Assembly: GCA_046045965.1 (NCBI GenBank)
Contig: JBJOKS010000013.1
Span: 32,001 to 96,000, forward strand
Direction of reading: 5' to 3'
Origin: Cyanobacteriota bacterium
Lineage (GTDB): Bacteria; Cyanobacteriota; Cyanobacteriia; Cyanobacteriales; Nostocaceae
Length of the DNA: 64,000 bases
Both the position numbers and the translations under genes were made by a program. This document shows, in pieces, positions 1 to 10,227 of this stretch (the stretch's first letter is position 1; each line of letters begins with the position of its first letter). The notes beneath the pieces are model-generated. The model did not search any database. It was not told the DNA's origin and saw nothing but the letters and a program-made list of their open reading frames with translations.

Positions 1-1114
1 CCTCCGCAGTGATGTACCAGTAGGAGCTGCACTTTCAGGAGGAATTGATTCATCTAGCATTGTTATGGCAATGCGGTACTTAGAACCTGACCTAGATCTA
101 CATACTTTTACTTACATAGCAGACGATTCTAGACTGAATGAGGAAAAGTGGGCAGATATAGTGGGAAAAGCAGCCAACTGTATCATGCATAAAATCCAAC
201 CTAACGCCACTGATTTGGTAACAGATTTAAATCACCTCATTCACGTTCAAGATCAACCTTTTGGTAGCACCAGTATTTACGCGCAGCATCGAGTATTTCA
301 ACTAGCGCAATCAGCCGGAATTAAAGTAATGTTAGATGGGCAAGGTGCGGACGAATTACTAGGTGGTTATCGTCCTTATCTAGCCGCACGACTAGCCAGT
401 ATGATTCGTCAGGGAAAGTTTGTCAAAGCATCTGAATTTCTGCAAAAAGCATCCAGTTTTCCTGATATGAATAAGCTAAGATTATTGATAGCTGGAGGAG
501 GATTTTTGCTGCCAGATTATCTTAAAGCCCCTGCTAGACTTTTAGTAGGAAAAGAATTTACTCCACCTTGGTTAAATATTGCTTGGTTTGCAGAACGGGA
601 CGTAAAATTTTATTCTCCCATACAACATCATCAAAGTGATATTTTGCGCCAGCAACTTCATCAGAGCCTGGAGAATAGTTTACTTCCACTATTACGTTAT
701 GAAGACCGCAACTCAATGGCTTATTCAATTGAAAGTCGCGTTCCTTTCCTCACTCCTGCTTTAGCTAACTTTATTTTCTCTTTACCAGAAGAATTTATTA
801 TTGCTAGAGATGGTACATCAAAGGCAATATTCCGCCAAGCAATGCGCGGTATTGTTCCAGATTTTATCTTAGACCGCAAAGACAAAATCGGCTTTGCTAC
901 ACCCGAACAAAATTGGCTCACAACTTTACGACCTTGGGTAGAAAATGTCCTTAACAGTGAAACAGCAACCCAGATTCCTGCCTTAAATTTGCCACAAGTA
1001 AAAGCTGAATGGCAAGCAGTAATTGATGGTAAATCTACCTTCGATTTTCGCATCTGGCGTTGGGTAAATTTAATTCGCTGGGTGGAACGTTGTCATGTTA
1101 CTTTTGAGGATTAA
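1..1114 (+). CDS. asnB: Asparagine synthase (glutamine-hydrolysing)-like amidotransferase, 5'-truncated by window edge
   Basis: Frame is open from base 2 (LRSDVPVGAALSGGIDSS); motifs LDGQGADELLGGY and EDRNSMAYSIESRVPFL; sits in a polysaccharide-locus context. Confidence 0.9.
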   Translation, partial: LRSDVPVGAALSGGIDSSSIVMAMRYLEPDLDLHTFTYIADDSRLNEEKWADIVGKAANCIMHKIQPNATDLVTDLNHLIHVQDQPFGSTSIYAQHRVFQLAQSAGIKVMLDGQGADELLGGYRPYLAARLASMIRQGKFVKASEFLQKASSFPDMNKLRLLIAGGGFLLPDYLKAPARLLVGKEFTPPWLNIAWFAERDVKFYSPIQHHQSDILRQQLHQSLENSLLPLLRYEDRNSMAYSIESRVPFLTPALANFIFSLPEEFIIARDGTSKAIFRQAMRGIVPDFILDRKDKIGFATPEQNWLTTLRPWVENVLNSETATQIPALNLPQVKAEWQAVIDGKSTFDFRIWRWVNLIRWVERCHVTFED

Positions 1115-1119
1115 AAATC

Positions 1120-1272
1120 ATGAAAATTATCACAATTGTCGGCGCTCGTCCTCAGTTTATCAAAGCAGCAGCTGTTTCTCGCAAATTGCAGTCTCATTCA
1201 CAAATACAAGCAGTGTTAGTTCATACAGACCAGCACTATGATGAAAATATGTCTGATGTGTTTTTTGAATAG
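1120..1272 (+). pseudogene. wecB: N-terminal 50-aa remnant of non-hydrolysing UDP-GlcNAc 2-epimerase
   Basis: Manual translation MKIITIVGARPQFIKAAAVSRKLQSHSQIQAVLVHTDQHYDENMSDVFFE*; GARPQFIK and HTxQHYD motifs; the rest of the gene is absent. Confidence 0.85.
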
Positions 1273-1334
1273 TTACTCCAAATATTCTTAAAATTATAAC
1301 TGAATCCTGACTTCTGAATTATTACCCTTATTTA

Positions 1335-2429
1335 ATGAACACAATAAATAATCCATCATCTCATCAGTTAATCCTAAATCTATCCATTATTTTCTCCCAA
1401 CCAACCGGGATCAGCAACTATGCTTTAAATGTTTTTCCCTATTTAAAATCTCTCCAACCTACCCTATTAACAGCAAATAAATATCCTGAATTCAACTGCT
1501 ACCCCATCCCCAATAATCTTACACCTGCTGAGGGAATTAAAGGACATTTACGCCGTCTGTTGTGGACACAATTTCAAATACCAAAAATATATCAAAACCT
1601 TAAATCTCATCTTTTATTCTCCCCCATCCCAGAAGCACCCCTCTATACCAACTGTCGCTTTATCGTTATGTCTCACGACATGATACCATTACGCTTTCCC
1701 CAAGCTTTTTCACCACTAACACCATACCATCGTTACTACACTCCCCAAGTCCTTAACCAAGCACAACACATTATTTGTAATTCTCAAGCAACAGCTAAAG
1801 ATATCACCGAATTTTACCAAATTCCTGCTCATAAAATCACACCCATTCCCCTAGCTTATGATGCGTCACATTTCCAATTCCTCAACCTCCCCACTCGCAA
1901 CTACTTCCTCTACATCGGCCGTCAACATCCTTACAAAAACCTCCAACGTCTTATCACTGCATTTTCCGCAATACCTAATAGAAATGACTATGAACTATGG
2001 TTAGTTGGACCCACGGATAAACGTTACACTCCATTATTAGAAATGCAAGTTGAAACATTAGGAATAAATCATTTAGTAAAATTCCTCAACTATGTATCTG
2101 ACAGTGAATTACCAACAATTATAAATCAAGCACTTGCTTTAGTTTATCCCAGTTTGTGGGAAGGGTTTGGTTTACCAGTTTTAGAAGCAATGGCCTGTGG
2201 TACTCCAGTTATCACTTCTAATCTTTCTTCACTTCCAGAAGTTACAGGAGATGCTGCTATTTTAATTAATCCCTATAATACAGAGGAAATGACATCAGCA
2301 ATGGAAACTATTATTAATGATTCGGAAATGAGAAAAAAACTTTCACAACAAGGTATAAATAGAGCAAATCAATTTGGTTGGGAAAAAACCGGACTTGCTA
2401 CAGTTGAAATCTTAAAGAACTATATTTAA
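1335..2429 (+). CDS. Glycosyltransferase family 4 (GT-B)
   Basis: [22 protein letters not shown] motif. Confidence 0.9.
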   Translation: MNTINNPSSHQLILNLSIIFSQPTGISNYALNVFPYLKSLQPTLLTANKYPEFNCYPIPNNLTPAEGIKGHLRRLLWTQFQIPKIYQNLKSHLLFSPIPEAPLYTNCRFIVMSHDMIPLRFPQAFSPLTPYHRYYTPQVLNQAQHIICNSQATAKDITEFYQIPAHKITPIPLAYDASHFQFLNLPTRNYFLYIGRQHPYKNLQRLITAFSAIPNRNDYELWLVGPTDKRYTPLLEMQVETLGINHLVKFLNYVSDSELPTIINQALALVYPSLWEGFGLPVLEAMACGTPVITSNLSSLPEVTGDAAILINPYNTEEMTSAMETIINDSEMRKKLSQQGINRANQFGWEKTGLATVEILKNYI

Positions 2430-2582
2430 CAACATAAAATTATACAATATATCAAATATAAATTTACAACAAAAAACCACCTACATCTATGAGAATTGAC
2501 ATCACTAAAAGCAGGTGGCTTGAGATTTTCAAATAGCCATTAAAAATCATCAGATACCCTGATATAAGAATCAACTGTCTAG

Positions 2583-3407
2583 TTAATCTTTTGCTTCTGT
2601 AATATCTATTGAGTGATTATTCTCGGATATCTTAGACTTGATCAATTCTATATCAAAATTCAATTCAGATGCGATCGCCTCCACACTTAAACCCAAACGT
2701 AATAGCAAGGGTATCATCTCTAACTTACCCTCTGCTTTACCCTCTGCTTTACCCTGTTCCTTCACATCTTGAAAATACCGTGTTTGCTTCAATTCATCTA
2801 GTCCAAACATCGCTTCTAACTCCTGACTACTTAAATAAGGAAACTTGTACACTAGTATCTTATCTACCAATTCTAAAACTTTTTCTTGAACTGTTGGTTC
2901 TGTCAAAGATACCCGTACTTGTTCTTTAAGTCGAACTACTTTCTCCCTAGTTTTTTCTTGTTGTGCTACTATCAATTCTAGCATTCCCAAACCGACAGAC
3001 TCTCCTGTTTTTTCCCCTAATTCATCTAAGTATATTCGCGAAATTCTCCCCGGATGGAATAGTTCTTGATACTGAATTGGTTCTGCGGTATCAGTGCTAC
3101 GGTTCGGAAATATCGTGACTGCGTACCAATTTTGTTGAGGACGATATAACTTTAAGTACAGAAATATCTCTCCAAACAAGTCCCAGTAAAAATTGTCACG
3201 TTGCTGAAATTGTACCTCTACAAAATAAATCAGTTTATCTTCATCAGCAGATGGGAGAAATATCCCATCAAAACGGAATGCTAACTCCTTAATTTCCACT
3301 GAATCAAACTTGTATCCATTTGCCTTTGCTGGAGATTCTCCCAATAATTCAAATAGAACAGTTGGTAAAGTTTGAAATATTTGATAAAAAATTGAGTCTG
3401 TTTTCAT
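2583..3407 (-). CDS. Rpn family recombination-promoting nuclease / putative transposase (DUF2887-type)
   Basis: MKTDSIFYQIF start, PD-(D/E)XK-like RFDGIFLP...FVEVQFQ, C-terminal GKAEGKAEG repeats. Confidence 0.85.
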   Translation of the reverse strand: MKTDSIFYQIFQTLPTVLFELLGESPAKANGYKFDSVEIKELAFRFDGIFLPSADEDKLIYFVEVQFQQRDNFYWDLFGEIFLYLKLYRPQQNWYAVTIFPNRSTDTAEPIQYQELFHPGRISRIYLDELGEKTGESVGLGMLELIVAQQEKTREKVVRLKEQVRVSLTEPTVQEKVLELVDKILVYKFPYLSSQELEAMFGLDELKQTRYFQDVKEQGKAEGKAEGKLEMIPLLLRLGLSVEAIASELNFDIELIKSKISENNHSIDITEAKD

Positions 3408-3704
3408 TAATTGTGAATAATTTCTGCATAAAAATCAACATCATAAATCTTATCATCTATCATGGAGATTTTTTTAGATTAAAATTTACTAATTGCTTAT
3501 GAAGTGAATCTGACGATGAAAATGGAATTTTCAACTTAGTTAAACTGAGTTTCTGCTAACTGTCAAATTCCCTATCGTCAGATTTATGAACAGGTTACAT
3601 TTGAAAAACAACCAGTTTAGAAAGTGATGTAGGCATTAAAAATTAAAAACCAACAATTATTATTTGTTTTAATCTTTAATTTTTAATTTTTAATTTTTAA
3701 TTTT

Positions 3705-5474
3705 TCATGGAGTTCCCACCGCACCAGAATAAACCAAACCCCGCTGCATATCCAAAGTCAAAATTGCCCCATCTTTAATTACCTGTGTCGCTTCCTTCAC
3801 ACCCACAATTACAGGTACACCAAGACGTAAACCAATCACCGCTGCGTGACTGGTAAGACTTTCATCTTCAGTAATAATACCGCCAGCTTTGCGAATCGCT
3901 TCAACAAAATCAACTCCTGTACTGGATGCCACCAAAATATCACCATGATTAAAATTACTCGCATCCATACCAGTACGCGCTACCCGTGCGCGACCACTAA
4001 CAGAACCTTGTCCTAAACCAATTCCTTGACCTAGTACCGCAGTCACCACTTCCACTTTAATCAAATCTGTTGACCCAGAAACACCTTGAAGTGTACCAGC
4101 AGTCATCACCACCAAATCACCCTCAGTCAAGAGGTTTTTTTCCTGAGCTACATTGATAGCGGCTTGGAATGTCTGACCCGTAGAAGGTAATTCTAGCACC
4201 AACAGCGGTTTTACTCCCCAGACCATCTGCAACTGTCGCGCCACATTTACATGAGGTGTGATCGCTAAAATTGGCGTTTTGGGACGAAATTTAGAAACAT
4301 TGCGAGCAGTTGCGCCAGTTTGTGTCAAAGTCATAATTGCTGCTGCGCCCAAATTCTCAGCAATTTGACCAACCGCTTGACTAATAGCATTAGGAATAGA
4401 ACGTCTGTTGTCTCGCGTCTGACGGTAAGAATGTTCTGCTTCTTCCTGTTCAATACGTTCAGCAATTCTCGCCATTGTTGCTACTGCTTCCACCGGGTAG
4501 CTACCAACTGCGGTTTCATTGGAAAGCATCACCGCATCCGTACCATCTAAAATAGCGTTGGCAACATCGGATACTTCCGCACGGGTAGGACGGGGGTTGC
4601 TCACCATGCTATCTAACATTTGGGTAGCGGTGATGATGGGAATACCCATACGGTTAGCTGTAGCAATTAACCGCTTTTGCAGTACAGGTACATCTTCTGC
4701 TGGCAATTCTACTCCTAAATCACCTCTAGCCACCATTACCCCGTCACACAAAGATAGAACCGCTTCCATTTGTTCAATGGCTTCATGCTTTTCTATTTTG
4801 GCAACTACAGGAACGTTTTTACCCGTGCTGGAAATTAGCTCTTTAATTTCAATAATATCCTGGGGGTTGCGGACAAAGGAAAGTGCTACCCAGTCTACAC
4901 CTTGGTCAAGACCAAACATCAGATCCTCACGGTCTTTGTCAGTCATGGCTTTGATTGATAAGTAAACTCCCGGAAAATTGACCCCTTTGTTGTTAGAAAG
5001 TTTACCTGCCACTGTCACCCGACAATGTAAATCTCCTTTATCGCGGTTAATCTCCTCAACAACCATTTCTACACGTCCATCATCGAGGAGGATTTTGGAA
5101 GCGACGGGGACTTCTTGGGCTAAATAATCGTAGGTAACACAGCTAATTTCCTCAGTTCCTACCACTGGGCGGTTTGTTAAAGTGAAGCGATCGCCTTTAG
5201 ACAACATGATAAAACCATTTTCAAATTGTCCCAGGCGAATTTTTGGACCTTGCAAATCTTGGAGAATTGCTACTGGTCTATTAAGCTCAAAAGCGGTTTG
5301 TCGTATTAACCGGATACTGCGCTGATGGTCAGCATGAGTTCCGTGGGAAAAATTTAAGCGCAGGGTCGTTGCACCCGCTTCAATAATTGCTTTCAGCATT
5401 TCTGGACTGCTGGTAGCAGGTCCAATAGTAGCAACAATTTTTGTTCGGCGCAGAGAATCTCTTAATTGCGTCAT
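3705..5474 (-). CDS. pyk: Pyruvate kinase with C-terminal PEP-utiliser mobile domain
   Basis: TKIVATIGPA, MVARGDLGVE and TSHAAVIG motifs. Confidence 0.97.
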   Translation of the reverse strand: MTQLRDSLRRTKIVATIGPATSSPEMLKAIIEAGATTLRLNFSHGTHADHQRSIRLIRQTAFELNRPVAILQDLQGPKIRLGQFENGFIMLSKGDRFTLTNRPVVGTEEISCVTYDYLAQEVPVASKILLDDGRVEMVVEEINRDKGDLHCRVTVAGKLSNNKGVNFPGVYLSIKAMTDKDREDLMFGLDQGVDWVALSFVRNPQDIIEIKELISSTGKNVPVVAKIEKHEAIEQMEAVLSLCDGVMVARGDLGVELPAEDVPVLQKRLIATANRMGIPIITATQMLDSMVSNPRPTRAEVSDVANAILDGTDAVMLSNETAVGSYPVEAVATMARIAERIEQEEAEHSYRQTRDNRRSIPNAISQAVGQIAENLGAAAIMTLTQTGATARNVSKFRPKTPILAITPHVNVARQLQMVWGVKPLLVLELPSTGQTFQAAINVAQEKNLLTEGDLVVMTAGTLQGVSGSTDLIKVEVVTAVLGQGIGLGQGSVSGRARVARTGMDASNFNHGDILVASSTGVDFVEAIRKAGGIITEDESLTSHAAVIGLRLGVPVIVGVKEATQVIKDGAILTLDMQRGLVYSGAVGTP

Positions 5475-5871
5475 GGGCGGATTTCAGGATTTTTTGGATC
5501 TATCTGGGAAATAATGGTAAATTAAGCAGCCTCTAATTTTCAGTCACTGCTATATCAATGTCACTAGCAGTTTAAAGAGATGGCTGCGGTATAGATTTGA
5601 TATCGTACAGTTCGTAACTTTATAGACACATATCCTCTAGCTACTTTTCTCGGTGTTAACCGGAATGGTAAACTGTAGTACCTCCTTCTGGGAGAGCTTT
5701 TTTATCAAAGCACTCGTCTAGTTTGAAATCATAACCGTTAATCAACCTATTCATCCCCTCATCAGCAACACTGCGGTTAAATCTTGCTATACAAAAATTT
5801 ACATAACTTTACTTTTTACTAAGATTTATCTTATATTCGTAATGTTTCACAAATAAGGAGTTAATTAAATA

Positions 5872-6762
5872 ATGCTCACGTCGGAGGCAAAAAAGCCACT
5901 GACAATCCCACCCAAAGAACTTTTAGCACCTCCTGGTGATTTTAATCCCACAATGTTGCTGTTTTTTGCAGTAGTGACAATGTTGGTATTATCTAACTTT
6001 GGTTATTGGGTTTGGGAATGGCCGCATTGGCTATGTTTTAGCATTAACACTTTGTCCTTGCACTGTTCTGGGACAATTATTCATGATGCTTGTCATCAGT
6101 CCGCCCATCGTAACCGGGTGATTAATGCTATGTTAGGGCATGGTAGCGCCTTAATTTTAGCTTTTGCTTTTCCAGTATTTACACGAGTACATCTTCAGCA
6201 TCATGGTAATGTCAATGACCCTAAAGACGACCCAGATCATTACGTCTCTACAGGTGGTCCATTGTGGTTGATAGCGGTGAGGTTTTTGTACCATGAAGTA
6301 TTTTTCTTTCAACGGCAATTGTGGCGCAAATATGAGCTACTGGAATGGTTTATTAGCCGTTTAATTGTAGTTTCTATTTTTTACATTTCCATCCAATATC
6401 ACTTTTTGGGCTATATTCTCAATTTTTGGTTTATTCCAGCGTTCTTAGTGGGAATTGCACTAGGGTTATTTTTTGATTATTTACCCCATCGTCCTTTTGT
6501 AGAGCGCGATCGCTGGAAAAATGCCCGCGTATATCCTGGTAAAATTCTCAACATCCTGATTTTAGGGCAGAATTACCACCTAATTCATCATTTGTGGCCT
6601 TCAATTCCTTGGTATAATTACCAACCTGCTTACTATTTGATGAAGCCGTTATTGGATGAAAAGGGTAGTCCTCAAACTTCCGGGTTATTGCAGAAAAAGG
6701 ACTTCTTTGAGTTTGTCTATGATATTTTCATAGGTATTCGATTTCATCAGCACAAAGAATAG
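5872..6762 (+). CDS. crtR: Beta-carotene hydroxylase
   Basis: Histidine boxes HDACH, HLQHH and HLIHH; recognisable cyanobacterial CrtR sequence. Confidence 0.9.
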   Translation: MLTSEAKKPLTIPPKELLAPPGDFNPTMLLFFAVVTMLVLSNFGYWVWEWPHWLCFSINTLSLHCSGTIIHDACHQSAHRNRVINAMLGHGSALILAFAFPVFTRVHLQHHGNVNDPKDDPDHYVSTGGPLWLIAVRFLYHEVFFFQRQLWRKYELLEWFISRLIVVSIFYISIQYHFLGYILNFWFIPAFLVGIALGLFFDYLPHRPFVERDRWKNARVYPGKILNILILGQNYHLIHHLWPSIPWYNYQPAYYLMKPLLDEKGSPQTSGLLQKKDFFEFVYDIFIGIRFHQHKE

Positions 6763-6849
6763 GTACATTTCTAGGGTGGGTTAACGACTGTGTAACCCGC
6801 TCATACCAATTATTTCTATTAATTTAAAAATATAATTTAAAAATATAAT

Positions 6850-7293
6850 TTAAAAATAATTTTCATCTAAAATTTGCTCTAAACTATAAGGACAAAATTC
6901 GGGAAAGTCTATTTTAAATCTAGTCTTTTGTTTCACATATTTTAAAGCACTTCTATATATCTTCTCTAACTCACTGTTGAGATAATTTTGCAAGTTATTG
7001 GTTAATAATCTTTCCAGTTGGTTACGAAAACCAATAATTTCTGTTTGCCAATGATTCCCATTCATATCATATTCTTCAATCCAATATTGTAATAATAATA
7101 GATGTCTAATAATTTGTTCTAATAAACTAGCAACAGCGTTTTTATCTCTTTTACCCAATGCTTCTAATTCCTCAATTAAATTATTTAAATCCAAGTCTTG
7201 AAAACGCTTTTCTTTGAGCAAAATAATTGTTTCTTCCAACCATAAACTTTCATCTATTTCATATAAAGATTGTAAATCTGTGTTTACGGTCAT
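6850..7293 (-). CDS. DUF29 family protein
   Basis: LYEID..LWLEET, DLNNLIEELEALG and FPEFCPYSLEQILD motifs. Confidence 0.85.
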   Translation of the reverse strand: MTVNTDLQSLYEIDESLWLEETIILLKEKRFQDLDLNNLIEELEALGKRDKNAVASLLEQIIRHLLLLQYWIEEYDMNGNHWQTEIIGFRNQLERLLTNNLQNYLNSELEKIYRSALKYVKQKTRFKIDFPEFCPYSLEQILDENYF

Positions 7294-7379
7294 AATTTTA
7301 GCTCTCCTTTGGGAAATCTTTCATGTTATTTGTGGAAAATAATCGCTATCTGCACTTAATAAGTCCCGTTATTTACATT

Positions 7380-8060
7380 TTATGCCGTTTGTTCAGATTC
7401 CGTCTCTACCTTCTGTCCAATTTTTGGTTCCGTCCCCGCAAGCAACCTTTCAATATTACTGCGATGACGAATAATTACATATAAACCACCAGCAATAGTA
7501 AACAGAATATAGACTAAAGGTTGCTGGAAAACCACCATGAAAATAGAAACAGCAACAGCACCAGAAATTGAACTTAAAGAAACAATTCTCGATATAGCGA
7601 AAACCACAGCAAAAACACCAAAAGTAGCCAAACCAACCTGCCAACACATGGCCAATAAAATACCCAAACTGGTAGCCACAGACTTACCACCAGTAAAACC
7701 TAAAAAGATTGATTTACTATGTCCTAAAATTGCCCCTAAACCAACCAAAGTTACTAACCAAGGTTGCCATATTTGTACATCTAAATTTGCAGGTATGACA
7801 TTATAACCAGGAGCAAAATTGAATAAAACATAAACTAGATTGATTGCGAAAACTCCCTTCAAACAATCAACCAATAACACAAAAGCCCCTGGTCCCTTAC
7901 CTAAAGTTCTCAGGACATTTGTTGCACCAGTTGAACCAGAACCAACTTCTCGAATATCAATTCCTTTTAATAACTTACCGACAATATACCCAGTGGGAAA
8001 AGAACCCAATAGGTAAGCTAATAAAACCACTACCCCACACAAAGTCAACCACATAGCCAT
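7380..8060 (-). CDS. plsY: Glycerol-3-phosphate acyltransferase
   Basis: GSGSTGATNVLR, GGKSVAT and HRSNIERL motifs. Confidence 0.95.
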   Translation of the reverse strand: MAMWLTLCGVVVLLAYLLGSFPTGYIVGKLLKGIDIREVGSGSTGATNVLRTLGKGPGAFVLLVDCLKGVFAINLVYVLFNFAPGYNVIPANLDVQIWQPWLVTLVGLGAILGHSKSIFLGFTGGKSVATSLGILLAMCWQVGLATFGVFAVVFAISRIVSLSSISGAVAVSIFMVVFQQPLVYILFTIAGGLYVIIRHRSNIERLLAGTEPKIGQKVETESEQTA

Positions 8061-8069
8061 AATTTTATT

Positions 8070-8196
<127 letters not shown>

Positions 8197-9501
8197 CTAA
8201 AAATCATCATCAAAATCTCTATCGCGCATCATTTTTGGATCTGGTGCAAAAGCTAACCACAAAGGAAATTGTAATAAGCCTAAACTAATTTGCTCCTCAG
8301 AATCATCAATGATAATTAAAGGCATTTGATTAGATTTAACCAATCTGTCAGCTTTTTGGGCTAAAGCGTTAGGTGCTTCAAATAATACCACACCTCTATC
8401 GGGTCCAAAATCAGGACGACCGATACCTAAACAATCTTGTAAACCCCGTCGCCATTCGCCCAAACGTTCGGGACTATTAGCTAAAATCAGAGTACGTAGG
8501 CGATTGCCTCCGGCACTACGCTCCGCGTAATCGCCATATAATTTATGTAAAATCGAAATCGCCGCCGAAGCAATCAAAATATTTTGCAAACGACTACCCA
8601 TCGTCCGCAACGCACCCCGTCCCCCCAAGGTAAAAAACCAATTAGAGACTCTTTCAGCGTGAACAGGTTCAAAAGTGCGTCGCAACTGCCATGCAGGACC
8701 ATAATAATCAGGTTGGTTGCGATATTGATCAATTAAACGGCGAATTTGTTTTGTTGTATCTTGAAACTGTTGTTGGGCAAGTTGCAAAGTCTGAGACTGT
8801 TCTTCAACAGGTTTGGCTTCTTTTTTCGCTTCTTTTACGGCTGGTTTTTCTCTTTCTCGTTCCCTCACAGCCGGCACAAGTTGCAATTGTTCCGCTGCGG
8901 CTGCCAAATCCTGTAAACTACCTGTGAGATAATCTTTAAAACCCTGTACTCGAATTGCCAAATCTTGAGACGTACCTGCAAAAGTCGTTCGCATTTCATT
9001 TCTAATGCGTTCTTGTCTTCGCTCCAGTTGTTCTACAGAAATTTGCAATGCCTGTTTACGTTGTTCTAACAATGAAAGGGACTCTTGCACCATTTTCGAG
9101 AGTGCGGTTTGAGTTTCGGTCACTTGTCCCTGAAGGGTTTTGTAAGTAATTTGCAGTTGAGATATTTCTGCTTTCAGTGCGGCTTCAGTTTCCTGTAACT
9201 CGGCTACTCGTTGAGCTGCTACTGTATATAGTGAATTAATTTCTGATTCTGACTCTACCTCCTCAGTTTCCGCTTTTTGCTCTGTTGCTTCTATTTGAGG
9301 TTCTTCGACTTCTGTATTCATTACAGGAGACTCAAAATCAACATCATCTGTTGGTGGTTCATCCGATGGATTAAGCTTTTCTGTCTCTAATACTGAATCA
9401 TTAGATAGATTTGCCGATGTTTCACCTTTAGGACTTTGTTCGGGTGTTTCTTCCCACCATTCATCAATCGGTTTTGGAGTTTGAGATTCCTCTGGGTTCA
9501 T
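8197..9501 (-). CDS. DUF3086 family protein
   Basis: Acidic N-terminus, coiled coil, conserved C-terminal PDYYGPAWQLRR...LLQFPLWLAFA. Confidence 0.8.
   Translation of the reverse strand: MNPEESQTPKPIDEWWEETPEQSPKGETSANLSNDSVLETEKLNPSDEPPTDDVDFESPVMNTEVEEPQIEATEQKAETEEVESESEINSLYTVAAQRVAELQETEAALKAEISQLQITYKTLQGQVTETQTALSKMVQESLSLLEQRKQALQISVEQLERRQERIRNEMRTTFAGTSQDLAIRVQGFKDYLTGSLQDLAAAAEQLQLVPAVREREREKPAVKEAKKEAKPVEEQSQTLQLAQQQFQDTTKQIRRLIDQYRNQPDYYGPAWQLRRTFEPVHAERVSNWFFTLGGRGALRTMGSRLQNILIASAAISILHKLYGDYAERSAGGNRLRTLILANSPERLGEWRRGLQDCLGIGRPDFGPDRGVVLFEAPNALAQKADRLVKSNQMPLIIIDDSEEQISLGLLQFPLWLAFAPDPKMMRDRDFDDDF
8500..8534 (-). mobile_element. 27-nt short dispersed repeat inserted in frame into a HIP1 site
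   Basis: Plus strand reads GCG|ATTGCCTCCGGCACTACGCTCCGCGTA|ATCGC; removing the 27 nt restores GCGATCGC and the peptide G-D-R-L. Confidence 0.75.
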
Positions 9502-9650
9502 AAAAAATAGTTTAATTCTATAACGCGACTAAATCAAAAGCACTTTCAGGAAGCAGGAGGCAGGAGGCAGAATGTCTGATGAATCAATACACTATCAAAT
9601 AGTGAGTTTAGTCGTAAACTTAAAAAAGCTGACAGATGACAGATGTATAG

Positions 9651-10037
9651 CTAAATTCTGGGACACCGCTGTTCTAAGCAAGATTTTAAGGTCTTGGGGT
9701 CAAATAAGATCGGTAAAAAGTGAATGCTGTTGATTTCTTTAAAGTAAAGCAAGATGGGAACTCTGTTCCAGAAAATCCGCCAGTTTTGCCATTCTTGGTA
9801 AGGAAAACGGCGAATTAACTTTTCTCCTCGGTAAAGATCAAAGTCGGTGGCGGTAAATTGAAACCGCAAGGTTACAGCTTGCAACATCAAAAATAATCCC
9901 AGCAGTGTCAACACTCCTCCTATCCAAAATTTCATCAGCAGTAGGGGAATGGAAGCAAGCACCAACACAATAGGGATATTGTAACTTGGCTTGAGTTCAA
10001 CTGTAGATATGGTATTAGGCGCGGATGAAGTAGTCAT
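9651..10037 (-). CDS. DUF3119 family membrane protein
   Basis: ILLYFKEINSIHFLPILFD motif; real start MTTSS at 10037 because the upstream part of the ORF is translated STRR. Confidence 0.8.
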   Translation of the reverse strand: MTTSSAPNTISTVELKPSYNIPIVLVLASIPLLLMKFWIGGVLTLLGLFLMLQAVTLRFQFTATDFDLYRGEKLIRRFPYQEWQNWRIFWNRVPILLYFKEINSIHFLPILFDPKTLKSCLEQRCPRI

Positions 10038-10043
10038 AATTTT

Positions 10044-10217
<174 letters not shown>

Positions 10218-10227
10218 ACCTCCACCA

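Noticed and set aside
4320..4965. Antisense ORFs within pyk (and similar ones within rbcL, serA, groEL, der, htrA)
   Set aside because: Shadow frames of conserved genes with no motifs or RBS support
6821..6859. 13-bp AT-rich triple repeat at the DUF29 stop
   Set aside because: Most likely replication slippage; nothing supports a function
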